NCBI GenBank assembly: GCA_012026655.1
Contig: JAAILG010000797.1
Coordinates: 1 to 64,000, forward strand
Direction: 5' to 3'
DNA length: 64,000 nt
DNA from: Hydrolagus affinis
Lineage: Eukaryota
This document shows positions 12,971 to 26,951 of the stretch, piece after piece (positions within the stretch are counted from its first letter, which is position 1; every line of letters starts with the position of its first letter). The notes below the pieces were generated by a model. The model had not been told where the DNA came from. It saw only the letters and a program-made list of their open reading frames with translations, and searched no databases. The position numbers were made by a program, and so were the translations under genes.

Positions 12971-13340
12971 CTGGCTCAGTTAGTAGCATTCTCGCCTCTG
13001 AGTCAGAAAGTTGTGTCACAAAGCACCACATAATTACTTTAAACTCAGTCCTGGCTATCACTCCAGTGCAATAATTGGGTGTGCTGATTGGCAGAAGTGC
13101 TGTCCTTCAGATGAGATATTAAAACTAAGTTCTCTGTCTGCCAGTTCAGGTTCAGCATGAAAGAACCCAAGGAACTATTCAAAAAGAGAAGGGGTGTTTT
13201 CTCCCAGTGTCCTGGTCATTCATTCCTCTGATGATCATTCACTTTGCGGCCATTTGTGGAATGATGCTGTGAGCAAATTGGCTGCTGCATTTTCCTACAA
13301 AGTGCACGGTCCACAAATCCTGTGAAGTGCTTTGAGATGT
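12971..13340 (+). mobile_element. Older Deu-domain SINE (SacSINE1/AmnSINE1-like)
   Basis: Head tggctcagttagtagcattctcgcctctgagtcagaa; core actattcaaaaagag...ctcccagtgtcctgg...gcaaattggctgc. Confidence 0.65.
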
Positions 13341-16029
13341 ACCAAACAGAGTGCAAGCTAAGTGTGGATCTTTTTTGATGTTTCTGTATTAATCCAAGTA
13401 AGATACAGGGTAAAAACTACTGTCTTCCTAAATGCGTTCTGTTGCTTATTTAAGGAAGGAGACTCAATTTTGTTTCAAATGTCCCCACACAGATCCATTT
13501 GCATCAAAGGCAGGCAGATCTGGATACTTAACATTTACTGTACATTAATAAATAACCATGCATCGGACTGATTTGAAGGCAGAGATCAATCTGGTCTTTT
13601 GAGTTCGGCTGCCTCTGAGACAATTAATTCATGATGTTTGAACGCCTTCAATCATAGTACTGCTTTGTGATCACTTCCAGGTCTCTGTATTAAGGTGTCA
13701 GAGGCTCCAATATCCTGATTAAAGGCTAGGCTTAAACATGGGTTAAAATTCCTATCCTGTTGTCAAATTCTATTTAAACGCTGTTCAATATTTGAGTACT
13801 ACAAAGTCTAGTCATTATCCTGCACCTTAACCAGAGATATTTATAATTAAATATTGTTTACCAGTTCACGGATCAGCTGAAACACTTATGGTTTTGCACT
13901 TTGTTACAGAAATAAGGTTGAACAAATCTTTGGGATGATGCCAGTTAATGTTATTCTAACTGTCCGAAAGCGTAATTGTACACAGCAAAACCAAACACAG
14001 TACTTCATTACTGATCATAGTTCGATTATTTAAATCTTCATCTGGCTCTGCTGATAGCACTTCTGCATCTAACTGCTGTGTGCCCTTCAGACGATTAAAG
14101 AACCAGGCATTCAACAGAAACAGATAAACCACCACTGATAAGGTTCAGATCATACAGAAATCCTATATCTTCTTACACACTGAGCTCTTGTCTCTCTCTA
14201 GGATAGACCAATGCAATGGAACAAGAGGACATAACAAGAATAATAAAATTACACTAGTATAGTGCCTTTCATGTCAGGAGGACGTTCCAAGGTGCTGGAC
14301 AGTTACTGCTCCAATTTCATGACAGACCCCAGGAAGTTTTTCTTTACCCAGGCGGGAATGAATGACTCAAACAGCTGGTTGAGGCCAGGACACTCTACTC
14401 ATTTAAAAAACAACTTGATACTTCCATAACTCACATCATTGTTGTTCACTGTAGAGGTACACAGAGCAATATGGCACAGAAACAAGCCATTCGGCCCAGT
14501 TTTGACGAGTCTTCGCACCTCTATTATGTCTGTTCTACATACATTGTTAATGGATTTTGTGGATATTTGTGTGTTTTATGGGTATTCTCTATGTTAGTGA
14601 ATGAGGCTAGACATACAAAGAACAGAAGCTCTGATCGGGAAAGTGTGAGAAACTGTGACCTGTCAGAACAGATGAATTAGAAAAGGATACGGATCAGACA
14701 GTAATTTGATCTCATCTTCTTTGGCTTAGCGTTAAATATAGGATAGGATTTTACTTTGGCACCTGTGTTCAGGGTTTAAGTTATTCTGAGGTGTAATCAA
14801 CATTTAGATGACATGGATGCATCTCTTCCCACAACCTGGTAAGGAATAGAAAATTACAGTTTTCTGCTACAACAATAAAATTACATTGATAGAGTGCCTT
14901 TCACGTTGGGAGGACGCCCCAAGGCGCAGAAACGGGTATACCTACAAGCATAAACATTTGCAGCACAAAAAAAAGGCTGTTTGGCCCATCGGGTCTATTT
15001 ATTTTTTAAGTCATCCTTCACTGCTGATCCCATTATCCAGTCTTTCCCCAGATAACTCCATGTTTTATTCTTCACATGCTTGTTCAGTTCCCTTTGGAAT
15101 TATTCTAGCCAGTTTTCTGTAAGTACCATTAAGACCTTACAGATAACTAATTTCAAACGACACGACTGTTTGTGGGACTCCTGCACTTAGCCACAAATAC
15201 ATACTGTAGTCACTATACTTTACAGTGAAATCATGTGAACTGCTGTGAGCTGTTCAATGGCGTAATAAGGCACTGTATCAAATTGCCAGCATTGTAATTA
15301 TTATTATTATTTTAATGTGGAGGCCAAATTCAAAATGTTTCTCATTCTGGATTGTTGTGAAATGCGATGCAAAGAGAGTCAATCTGGATCCAGGTAGACT
15401 TTTCCCTCCAGAAAAATGAGAAGTAAAAATGGAGATCAACAAAAAACCCTCTGTGAATAAATCTATTAATCGGTGCAGAAAGGACTGTTAGCCTTGTGTA
15501 AGATTAAATTTCCATTATGGAAGTGGATGGCATTTTACGAGCTGAATGATTGATATGCATCAACTGCACAATAAATTAACGAATAATAAACAAATCAATT
15601 GCACAATATTCTAAGAGGCCCACAACGTCGAACAAGATGTGCTTGATTTTGTGGTCTGGATTCAACCATTTGTTTTGGACGTAGAAAAAGTCCAAGGTCA
15701 GACTGCTGTAAAAGAACAGACACAGATTTACTGCATAACACTATCGAAGTATTGCAGGCTTGATTTCTTAGAATAACTAGATCTGTGTCGAGGACTTTAA
15801 GGCTGTATCCCTTGTAATCCCTTCACTCAGGCAGAAGAGTCATCCACCATCTAACCTATGAATTTCCATCCTGATTTTAAATACCTGAATCAAATCCCCT
15901 CTTTAATGTTGGTTCAACATTTTATAGCTAAATCACTTCAGCACTGGTATTAATCTAGTGTAGCATCACAAGACCCCTTACAAGACTAGTAATGAAGACC
16001 TAAATCCCATTTGCGTTACTAGCTACCAA

Positions 16030-16270
16030 CCTGCCCGCCCACTCCGTTCCCTACTAACCTGCCTGCCCCCTCCGTTCAGCAGGTTCCGGTCTTCTCCATG
16101 TCTTCCTCCCAACCCTCCCTACCATCAGTGGCAAGGCTTTCAGCCTCTTTGCCCCCACACTCTGTAACTCCATCCCACAATCCCTTTGCCTTGTTTCCTC
16201 CCTTGCCTCCTTCAAGGCCGGTCTCAAGATCCTCTTTTTCAAGGGTGTCTTCTGCTGCCTTCGCACCTCT
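16030..16270 (+). mobile_element. L2 LINE 3' fragment
   Basis: C-rich ORF2-end remnant (ctccgttcagc...gctttcagc...ctctgtaactccatccc...tctcaagatcctcttttt), similar to the 12085-12655 copy. Confidence 0.6.
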
Positions 16271-18209
16271 CTCCCTCCCCCCACCCACCCATTATTACTG
16301 TTGTTGTTGTTGTAACAACAACTGCCAACTAGATATTCGTCTGCAATCTAGATGGGAATGAACCGTGTTTCTTGAACCCCGAGATCCCTCTACCCCCCAT
16401 TTCGACTCTTAACAACAACAACACACTTAACTTGCATTTATATAGCGCCGCTCACAGCATTTCAGAGTGTGAAAAAAGTGGTGGTTCCTGACTTTCAGTA
16501 ATATTTGAGCATGAATAGTAAAAGCTGTTCCAGATTTACCTTTTCACTCTCTCGGAATCAAATATACAACACTGCTACGGATGTGCAAGTTAATTTGAAC
16601 AAATTGCTGAGAGATCAATTAAGGCAAAGAGGTTGATGCTACAAGCCAATTAAGTTGCGCAATTTAATGATTTGACACTGATTTTATGGTGAAATGAATA
16701 TGGGAATAAGTGCGTGGAAGGCTCACAAATTGCAGCATGTTGTGCCTTTGGCAGATTCTGTTGGGCAATACAACATATATCAGTTGTCATTGGCATCACA
16801 TTGTCAAAGGAGTGAAGGGATGAAAGGGAGTTTGCTGCTACAAGCAGAGGTCTCTACACAAAATTATGAGTTTATCTACCGGGGTCCCATATCGTCCAAT
16901 GTAGCTCTCACTGAACCGGGCATCTGACCTTGGCAGTGTTCAGTCATATGGATTAAAGATGGGAATATTGGTGTCAGATTCTGAAGCCAACAGCAATGAG
17001 AAACTCCCACATACTGCATAAAAACCTGGCTGAGTGAGCAGCTAAATAGTCTCCACCCACACGAAGGCACATGCTTTTCTTGAGTTGATCACTGGAAGGT
17101 GCATAAGAGTGCCTAAGGCTTATTGTTCATCCCTATGGGAAAGACTATAATGGAAGCATGGGTAAGATGAGAACTCAGAGGATGGGGGAATCTGTTTTGA
17201 GTTAAGAACCCAACTGCACATTAACACAGATTATGCTTGTTCAACTAGGATATATCTGGATTAGGTAGTATTTTCATACTTGTATTATAATTAATTTCCA
17301 ATGAGGGTCGCCACACCCTGTTTACCATTATGGCTACTGACCTCAGACAATTCTTGAAAAAAGCTGCTGGAGAATTCGTCACTTTGGCACGGATACATCT
17401 ATCCATTGCCGAACCCACACAGTAGCACTAGTGAAAGAGTCTTCACTCCATGAGCTCACATTTCAAGGTGGAGGATTGTACTGGATTGGTAACCAATGCT
17501 TTGCAATGAAACAGGTAGAGGAGAGAAAGGGAGAAAAATTGGAGGGATTGGGATAATCGTTTTCATTTCTCTCGCTTTCCTGCCTTTAGGCTTCTTACAT
17601 GAAGTGAGTTTTGAGCAGTCTTTGTGTCTTCAAAGTAGCTCCAAAATCATTTTTTCATTCCACAACTGTTTCTGAGACACTGCTGTGTGCAATTAGCTGT
17701 TTCGCCCAAATATACAGTCAACACTTTACAGTATATCCCGTGAAGCGCTTTGAGACATCGATAAGATGTGAAAAGCACGATATCACATGCAAGGATTATT
17801 AATAGTATTATTATTATAGTGTCACCTTGAGAAGTGAAGGAGGATTCACTGGTGTGGGAAACGGAAATGTCACAGTGTTGAAGTGAAAGGTGCTCTCCTG
17901 AAGATGAAATGTTCTGAGATGCTACCCAGTGTGAAGGACGCTATATGAATGCAAGTTGCTGTGGTTGCTGGAGGCAGACTTTTACTTGAGGAAGTTTCAT
18001 CCTTGACCTGTGCTACAACTGACCTGCAAGCATTTGATCCCGACCCTGAATTCTCCAAATGGGAAAGTGTTTAATCTTTTAGTGGGGACATATCTCATCC
18101 ATACCACAGTCAAAGCATTTTAAGTGGCTGTGGGACTGGGGGATGGGGGAGTGTGTGGGTAGGGGTGGGGGGCAAATCAGGAAAGGTTAGTGATGTAACA
18201 GTATTTGGC

Positions 18210-18309
18210 NNNNNNNNNNNNNNNNNNNNNNNNNNNNNNNNNNNNNNNNNNNNNNNNNNNNNNNNNNNNNNNNNNNNNNNNNNNNNNNNNNNNNNNNNNN
18301 NNNNNNNNN
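18210..18309. other. Assembly gap (100 N)
   Basis: N run. Confidence 1.
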
Positions 18310-21300
18310 CTCTCCCACTACCCTCCCGTCAGTACATTGTTTCACTGTTTTGATAAAAAACCTACCTAAACTAAGTGAGTTACAGAGATTTTGCTGGTGG
18401 ATTGTGTCACCCAGAATGAAATCCTACAGACTTGCTTTTAAACTCGTTCAGATTGCATGGAACTCAGGGAAAGGGGAAAAAAAATACTCTTTGAATCACG
18501 CCAGGAATCCAATCCAAATTTATTGCTGAAGTCGAGGTTAAAGTATGGCAATATAAAACTTAAAAGGTTGAGCTACTTAAACACTAGACACGTTTTATCA
18601 AAGCCATCTCGCTGGCCTTTTTTTTCTTAAATAGAAACGCTTTGCATCCAAAAAGGAGTTTGATTGCAGCAGTAACTGTCAGTTATACATTGATGTGTGC
18701 AAGACATTGATTTACTTATTCTGCCATTTAAAAAAAAACATGCAAGAAAATCTGATTCATTCTATGTTAAGTGCCCGGGCTCAAGTCTTGGTGCTTGACT
18801 GTTCTGTAGCAAAGATACAGAAATTTGCAGTGGTGTGTTCATTAAGGCATTCTGTGGTTTTACAAACCCAAAAGGTAGATTGATTGATTGACTGATTGAT
18901 GGATAATGCATATGCAAAGCACTGTTATGTAATTGTATTACTCCACTGGAGAAGTTCTAATATGTGGGTGTGTAAATACTTTCTCTGAAAGTTACAGTGC
19001 TTTTGGACATAGAGATTATTAAGTGTTGCCATTACATTAAATACATTGGCACTGTAAAATGCTGAAAGGCTTTGAAGGATTTCAATCCACAATGTGGCAT
19101 CAAAAAAAGGTTTAGACTGCACATTCACCTGGATACCTTTGATCTGCTTTAAAATAATGTTTAAGCCTGTTCTGTGAAACGCATAAATTAATATCAAAGG
19201 TGGATGAAAGGAAACTTTTAGACTACTTATTGCCTAAAGAGATGGTAAAAATTTAACTAAGCTCCCAAGGGCTTCACTTGAAACTGGTTACTCAAGCTTA
19301 TTGCCTTTGATCGTCTGTTGGGCTTTCACAATTCATAATTATCAACCTGTGCAGACTGAGCGAGCAACTGGGCTTGTATTAAATCCTTCGATTTAGTAAG
19401 TTGCTTCGAATTCTAGCAAAGGCTTCAATCGCTCAAACTTCAGTTTCTCGGGATACAGAGGTAGTGAATATTTCTGCTGCAAGACTGCGAACAAAACATC
19501 GTTTCACTTTGCTACCCCTCAAAGATTGGCTTCCAATGCACTCCACACTGACGATTGTTATCTGTATCAGCCAGCCAGCGACAGTTTCAAAGAGAAGAAG
19601 AAACTTGTATTGTTCGCCCATGAATAACCATTTTACGTTTGCTCGAAATTGCACAGTCACTACACTATCCTGTAAAATCCTGCGAAGCGTTTGAAGACTC
19701 TCGACCACATTACAGTAAAGGAAGGATTTATTTTAAATGTGGGACATTGCTGTACACAAATTGGCTACTGTGTGTTTGCCTACAAGACTTTGAAGTCGCC
19801 TCACTTTATCGTAAATCCTGTGACATGCTTTGAAATGTTCCTCCTGATGTGAAAGGCATTGTGTCAAAGATTTGTATTATTATTATGCCCATTATCTTTC
19901 GTAACAGAATTGATGAGCTCCTGTCACAACTGGCAAGGATTGGCTTGGGTGGTGGGATGGGTGGGGGGGGCGTGCAAGTCAGCATGGAGGAAATGATTAC
20001 ATTTAATAGCCAGTTGTGTTATCAGCTACCAATCGTCGAGTGGATGATTGGAAATCCTTCTACCTCATCATCAGTTGAGTAAGACTCAATCAAAGGTGTT
20101 TGCCACAAGAGGGCAGTCACTCCAGTTCACTTATATACCCACCCATCCTCGTGATCAATTGGCTATTGCTGGTACACCTCAGCATTTCTTCTGTGCTTTG
20201 CAAGATGGCAAATGCCTCAGCAAGATCATGGCTGTTTGCAGGACATTACTGTGTGTGTTGGCACAGTAAAATCCTGTGTAGCTCATTGAGAGATCCTTGC
20301 AACGTGAACAGAGAGGGCATCCAATGCACTCATGGGGGAAACAGTTCCTGCCGGGACACCCCCATGCCCATATATACGGGAAGGTGTTCCCATGGGGATT
20401 CCCATTAGGCATACATTCTCATTAGTAATGGGGAATCATCACATCCTGGATGGACATGATTAACTCGTTGGTGGCCACAGTAATATTCCTACATCAAAAA
20501 TAGTGCTGGAGGAACCATTTCATATCGTTCACTAAACGTTGAGGACAATGAAAATATGGGAGTGGGAGTGGGGGATCAGCTAATGGGGGGAGGCATTCAT
20601 TGTACTCCATGGTACATTGCAGTAATCCTGATTACTGCTTTTAAAACCAAATGACTTTGAATGAAAAAGATAATAATAATAATAATAATCCTTGCATTTG
20701 ATAGGATGATACGTTTCAGCAAGACTTTATTTTCGGTGAGTTCACACCAGCTCTAAGGTATGGCTCAGCATCATTTTGTTGTCATGGTTAATTGGAATGG
20801 GGATCTTAACAGAGGCAGCCTAATGTTGATCTTCGCTGCACCAGAGTCATTTAACCTGACATTTTAATATTAGCAGACAGGCTGAGGGATGAAAGCTAGA
20901 GAACAGACAGCCAGACAGGCAGGCAGGCAGACAGGCTGGCTGATGTATTTGGAATGTGGCTCGATCTTGCAGAGTGAGTTCCTATTTATTAATGTGTGCT
21001 TTATCAGCAAAGCAAACCCCACTCACTTCAAAGAGCTTCGCTATCCCTTACCTATAGTGTAAACCTGAACCTTAATAGGGGGAACGAACAAGATATATGA
21101 TATGCTGCTAACTCATTGGAGAGCAAGTGATGGTCTATACTACAAGGCGGCATCATTTGCAATTTCATTGCAAGAAATAAGGCATAATTCCTCTTTAAAC
21201 CCAAATATGAAATGCTTCTTTCTACCTGTAGCTGTGCAATGGCAACCCTTGGCAGTCATGCGCAGTGATAGATGGCTGTTTGCAGAATGCTTTCCTGTTT

Positions 21301-22419
21301 TTGCAGCTGAAGTTAACAGATGGGTTGTCTGTCATTGCCCCCAGATTACCGCAATCCATCAATTCAGCCAGATCCAGTTTGGAGGCCGCAGTCAATTTGT
21401 TGACAGCAAGTTGACATTTTTGCCAGAGAAGACAAACGCTCCCCTTGTCATGTCAGCGGACGGCGACTTTGATCTCCCAAAGTGGCTCTGCATGAAAACG
21501 TGGAAACATCCACCGCTTCTGACCCACTGCTCCTTTGCGGCTCTCAATGGAAAATTAGGATGACAGAAAGCCAGCAAGTGCCTGCCCTAGAGGCAGTGAA
21601 GAGAGGTCAAAGATTAAGAGACAGATATTCTCTGGCTGGCTCCATCACAGAGCGCATGCTCCTGACGAGCCAATTTACGCCCTTTAAAATGTATTGCTGG
21701 TCGTACGTCATTTCTTTCCAAGTAACCTGAGTTATTCCTATTGCAAAAAAGTGTTTGCCACAGTAAATAATCTACCCTGGATTTTTTAAATGATATATAT
21801 TGGAGTTTTCTGGAAGTGTTAACGTAGAGTTTGATTTTTTTTTAGTTTGAGCACAAAATACACAGTCAATTCATTTTACAGTGTATTCTGCAAAGCACTT
21901 TGACAATCTTGAATACATGAATAGGCCATATATCAAACGCAAGGATTATTATTTACTATATTTGGGGTAGAGAGAGAGAGAGTGAGAGGTCAAATGCAGG
22001 AGGTGGAGACCTGTGTTGAAGTGGTGTTGTCAGGCATGGGAGGGTTGATTTATTAGGTGCTTTCACTTTTGAACTTGCCTTTCTTCAGAGGTGTTCTTTC
22101 ACAACATGTCCGTCAGTGTGTGTGTGTCCAGAATAGGGCTTTAGAAACTAACACCAGATACGTAAAAATAACTTGTATAAGAAAGACAGATTTTCAGTGG
22201 GTTCAAGTCATTGTAGCGCCTTGGGACGTCCTCCTGACATGAAAGGCGCTATACAAGTGTAATTTTGTTGTTTTGTTGTTATACACGCAGCGGGAAATGG
22301 GGACCGCAGCTGTACCCATATTACGATTATTTTGTGCAGGAATCATATCACCTGAATCGCTCATATCAACACTGGGAAGAAAGGATGAGAGTTACATGGA
22401 ATCAAAAGATGAAATGACT

Positions 22420-22726
22420 GGAGTCCTGTAGCTCAGTGGTTAGAGGACTCACCTGGCAAATGAGAGACCTGGATTTGATTCCAGGCCGAGCGAAACCTTA
22501 GACAAGTTTCCTTATTCCGCATGCCTGATTAATAATCCCTCAAGAAAAAAAATAAATAAATTGGTCACTTCAATCCACAAGTGTTTGTGGCACACTACTG
22601 TGTGCAATTGGCTGCTACTTTTCACCCAGAAAATGTACAGTCAATTCACTTAACAGTATAATTCTGTGAAGCGCTTCTGAATCATCTAGAAGATGTGAAA
22701 AGCGCTATATCAAAATGCAAGGATTA
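22420..22726 (+). mobile_element. tRNA-headed SINE, full length
   Basis: ggagtcctgtagctcagtggttagag head, family body and tail. Confidence 0.8.
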
Positions 22727-25319
22727 ACATATGCATTTCAGATGAAGTTTCGTTTTGCTCCCTTTTCTTTTGGACTCCTCTAAATGTCATGACAGAATGA
22801 GACTGTTCTGTCCATTGAATGTACTGGCTCTCAGAGCAAGGTGTCTATCGAATCCCTATTCCCCTTCCAACCTCTATGTGACATGATACCCACCTCATTC
22901 ATCCATAGAGACATCTGCAAGAACAGTTTTCCTTCCAGGAAATAGAACTTTAATGATTTGCACACATTTGACCATAAAAACATCTGCAAAGGTTTCTCCC
23001 AGAGAGAGCGAGAGTGAACCCACAGCTTACACATTCAACGGTGTGGTTGCCCTGGGAACAGGGAGAGAATCTGTTTTGTGTAAAGGAAAAAGGCAAGGTA
23101 TTCGAGAGATCAGAGTTCCTTTAGGGTGGAAATGGTGTTATCAGTTACAACCAGAAGCTATGTTTGCTTGCGTTGGGCGAGTAAGGGTTTGCGGTTCCGT
23201 TGCGTTAAATCCTTGCTTGTCCTGCCTTAATGATAAGTCAATTCATTGGTTTGCCTTGGACGCAAATGGGTCAACCAACAATTCAATTGGATTTGTTTAG
23301 TTCCCGTCTGACCAGGGCCTTTCGTTTCGAAGTTGGAATCATGTCAGTGTCACCTTTCTGCAGCTTGTAACTAGTCAGTCAACACCAGCAACAACAACTT
23401 GTGTTCATACTGCAGCCGTTTATTTGGGATGTAGTGACTGAAAGCACAGGCGCGGATGGTGGAGGGAAAGACTTGAAGGACCCAAGAAGGCCTGAGCTGG
23501 ATGGCGGTCCAAACTCCTTCCATTTTGCCTGTTCAGTCACTTGGATGGAATTTTGGCACAAGCTCTTTTTATTGAGCCATGTTTGCAATGTTATGGGATT
23601 TTCCCTTGTTTTAGTCTCAGCAATAAAATCCTGTCAAGAACTTTGAGACGTCCCGAATGGATGGATTATTATTATTATAATAACCACCACTTAAATCCTA
23701 AAGTTTCCTTACTCCACATGCCTGATAAGTAAACACTCAAGAAAAAAAAGCCAATAATAAATTGGTCACTTCAATCCACGACTGTCAGTGTGGGACACTG
23801 CCGTGCGCAATTAGCTGCCGCCTTTCGCCCAGACATACACAGTCGACTTATTTAAGCATATTCTTTATTCTTCTTATTATTAAAGCAACAAACTGCAGGG
23901 AGAAGGGATTCTTCCCACTCCTATTAACCACAGAAGCCAAAGCCCTAACTGGTTGTTTGGCCCTCGCTGGACAAGCATCAAGCAGTTTGCCAGAATAAAG
24001 ATACTGTGGCATTTGTTTTTAATTGATTCAACATTTGGCACACAATTCACAGGACTCTGGAAACCTAATACCATATCAAGAGTTTTTAAACCAGAAAACG
24101 CCTACTTCACACGAAACGTTTTAACTTTGGAAGAAATAATCTGTTTTGTCAAATTTTCTTTTTATCTCAATCAATGGACCGTTCTGTGAAATTCACCAAC
24201 GGGTATAATTACTTTTAAAATATAGGTTGTGGGACATTTGCGAGCGCTATGCTATTTCTAACAAGTCTCTACGGATTTGTCTTTGAAGATCGCATTGGGG
24301 TAATACATTTTCAAAAACTTGACATTGCTATTTTGTCATATGCGGAAAGTGTTCCTGATTAATATAATTACTGTCTCCCTCCTGCCAGCTCTCATAAATC
24401 ACCCTCCGCCACATTTCAGAATGGACTGGCTGAGTTTGATCTGACCCAAGGAAGGTGTCCATCTGAAGTGCTTGTTGTGAAGCCAAATGCTGCAGGTGGG
24501 ATTAGCTTTTTGCTGCATAGAGTTCCACACACTACTGCAGCAAGCCAACAGGCCATTTGACCCAACTATTCTGTGCCACTGAGTCTCCACACCCCTACTT
24601 ATGATGATTAACAGGTAGGGTGGTCCGTCCTAGCTGGACAAGCAGTGGGAAAGTTTGCCAGACAGCGATATCAATGGCAAGCTATGCAGTTTTAACTGGT
24701 TATACTCCAGCAGTTGCCCCCAAAACACACACTCCGGAGCCCCCAAGCCTTGGTTCTTGCCAACCTGCGTCTAACATATGGCAGAATTCGGTTAAACAGG
24801 AGGCATCCCTGTAGTAAGAGAGTGCGTATTACGTTCCAACAATCTATCTCTGGGATTTCCATGTGGAGGTGGGATGCATGGAATTCTCAGCTTGGTTTGG
24901 ATATTCTTACGCACGCAGATGGGTTTCCATATGTGTTTTTATTTGTAGGAAATTTACTTTTATTGTTAATACAGCGAATGTGATTTGTTGCTATGTGCAA
25001 TGAGTTGAGGTGGGCATTGAAGTTGACTTTTAACATATGAATAATTGCAACAGAACTGGATTTATCATTACAGTATATGCAATGATTGTATTAATGATTT
25101 GCATACATTAAACGAGTGCCAAAAAACATTGCTTTCAGCAAGATTACATTTTTTTAAGGTACAACTTTCTCTTGTGCATGTGAGGGAAATTACAGTTTAT
25201 ATAAGATTTTATTTTATATTATTGAATCAATCACATTTAGTTTCAATCTTAATTTCATTTGATTCACTTAAATCTGTTTAATTCAGTGAGTTTCATGCAT
25301 GGGCTTGCTATATGTTTAA

Positions 25320-25602
25320 GGTGGCAAGTGGGGTAAAAAAAATAAAATAAATGTCATGTCAAAGTGTACTTTGAACTATATACTTTCAGAAATAAACTGT
25401 TTTGATTGGGGAAATAAACTTATTTCCAAAGAAATAAAGGGTTAAGAATTCAACAATAAAACTTATTTCATATGTCACATTCCCTATTTTTCTTTGGAAA
25501 TAAGTTTATTTCACCAATCAAAACAGTTTATTTCTAAAAGTATATAGTTCAAAGAACATTTTGACATGAAAAAAATATTTTTTTTTTACCCCACTTGCCA
25601 CC
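25320..25602. mobile_element. Foldback MITE with TTAA TSD (Kolobok-like)
   Basis: TTAA 25316-25319 and 25603-25606; GG...CC termini; inverted arms of about 115 bp. Confidence 0.75.
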
Positions 25603-25989
25603 TTAAACTACTAAATTTTTGATTCAATTCAATTGCAGTTTTTGAAAGTACGTCGATGTTACATTTAAACTCAATGTTACATTTAAACGTCAGGGAACGG
25701 CATCCTCTTAAATCACGTTGATGGGCAAAACTGTAATGTGTAAGGGTTAGGGTCTAATGATTATCAACGTTACTGTGTCTGAAGCAAGGTTATGGCTGAG
25801 ACATGTGAGAGATTTGTAGAAACTGAAAAGATCCAGGAAAGGCAGAATCTCTATTTAAAATAAATTGTTGGTACCAGTGGGTTGTGTTATACAATGTGAC
25901 AGAGGACAGAAGCTCATCTATAGAAACTAAGCAAGTCCTGTGTTTCAGAATAATCTGTCCTACCTGAATTCTCCAGTACTCTACATATA

Positions 25990-25992
<3 letters not shown>

Positions 25993-26029
<37 letters not shown>
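25993..26029. repeat. (TA)14(CA)n microsatellite
   Basis: Read directly. Confidence 0.9.
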
Positions 26030-26735
26030 TGTGAAACTTTAAACTGAGATCCAGTCTCCCTGTTCTGGTGTCTGGGCCGATAGTTCCTCCAATCAACATT
26101 AGTCATTCATTTCAGAGCAGTTTAGTGGACGTTGCTATGTGCAAATTGGCTGCGTGTTCACCTACAAAATTCACAGTCTCTTCACTTTATGGTAAATCCC
26201 GAGAGGTGCCCTGAGTGAAAGACCCTGAGTGAGATGCAAGGATTATTACTATTTTTAATGTTAATAGTAAAAAAATCTTCGCATTTGCTATAACTCTTCA
26301 TCAATGTGCGCAATTGCCTGCCATGTTTCACCCATGAATTATACAGTCAATTCACTTTACAGTATATTATTCTGTGAAGCATTTTGAGACCTCGAAGACG
26401 CGATAAGTCGCTTTATCAAATGCAAGGATTATTATTATTATTTATCACGTTGTTGATACGTCTCAACCTGATATATTGTAAAGTGGATTGACTGTATCTT
26501 GTGGGTGAAACTCCATAGTTTTTTTAAATTACCTCACAACAGTGTTTGCTTATTGTTTCCAGTGAGCTCTGTCATCACATATGAACTCGTTGTTCTGTTC
26601 AAAGGCTTACAATTCTGTATAACTGGGCTCTTAAGTACTTTTAATTGTTTTCATTGCCAGCTCATTACATAGTTCACAAGGATAATGTTTTTTTTTAACA
26701 GGAAAAAATAATAAATTCTCTTGTTCTCTTTCCAG

Positions 26736-26951
26736 ACGCCTGGATGCGAACCTTATTTCAGTCATCCCTCAGAACAGCTTTGAAGGTCTGCAGTCCCTAC
26801 GGCACCTTTGGCTCGATGATAATGCACTGACTGAAATTCCTGTTCGAGCTCTGAACAACTTGCCGTCACTCCAGGCAATGACATTAGCTCTCAACAAAAT
26901 AACACACATCTCCGATGATGCCTTCGTCAATCTCTCCAGCCTGGTCGTACT
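26736..26951 (+). CDS. LGR6: LGR6 exon 5 (three LRRs; RLDANLIS...[30 protein letters not shown]...SSLVVL)
   Basis: tctttccag acceptor, gtaagt donor, 216 nt (three 24-aa LRRs). Confidence 0.96.
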
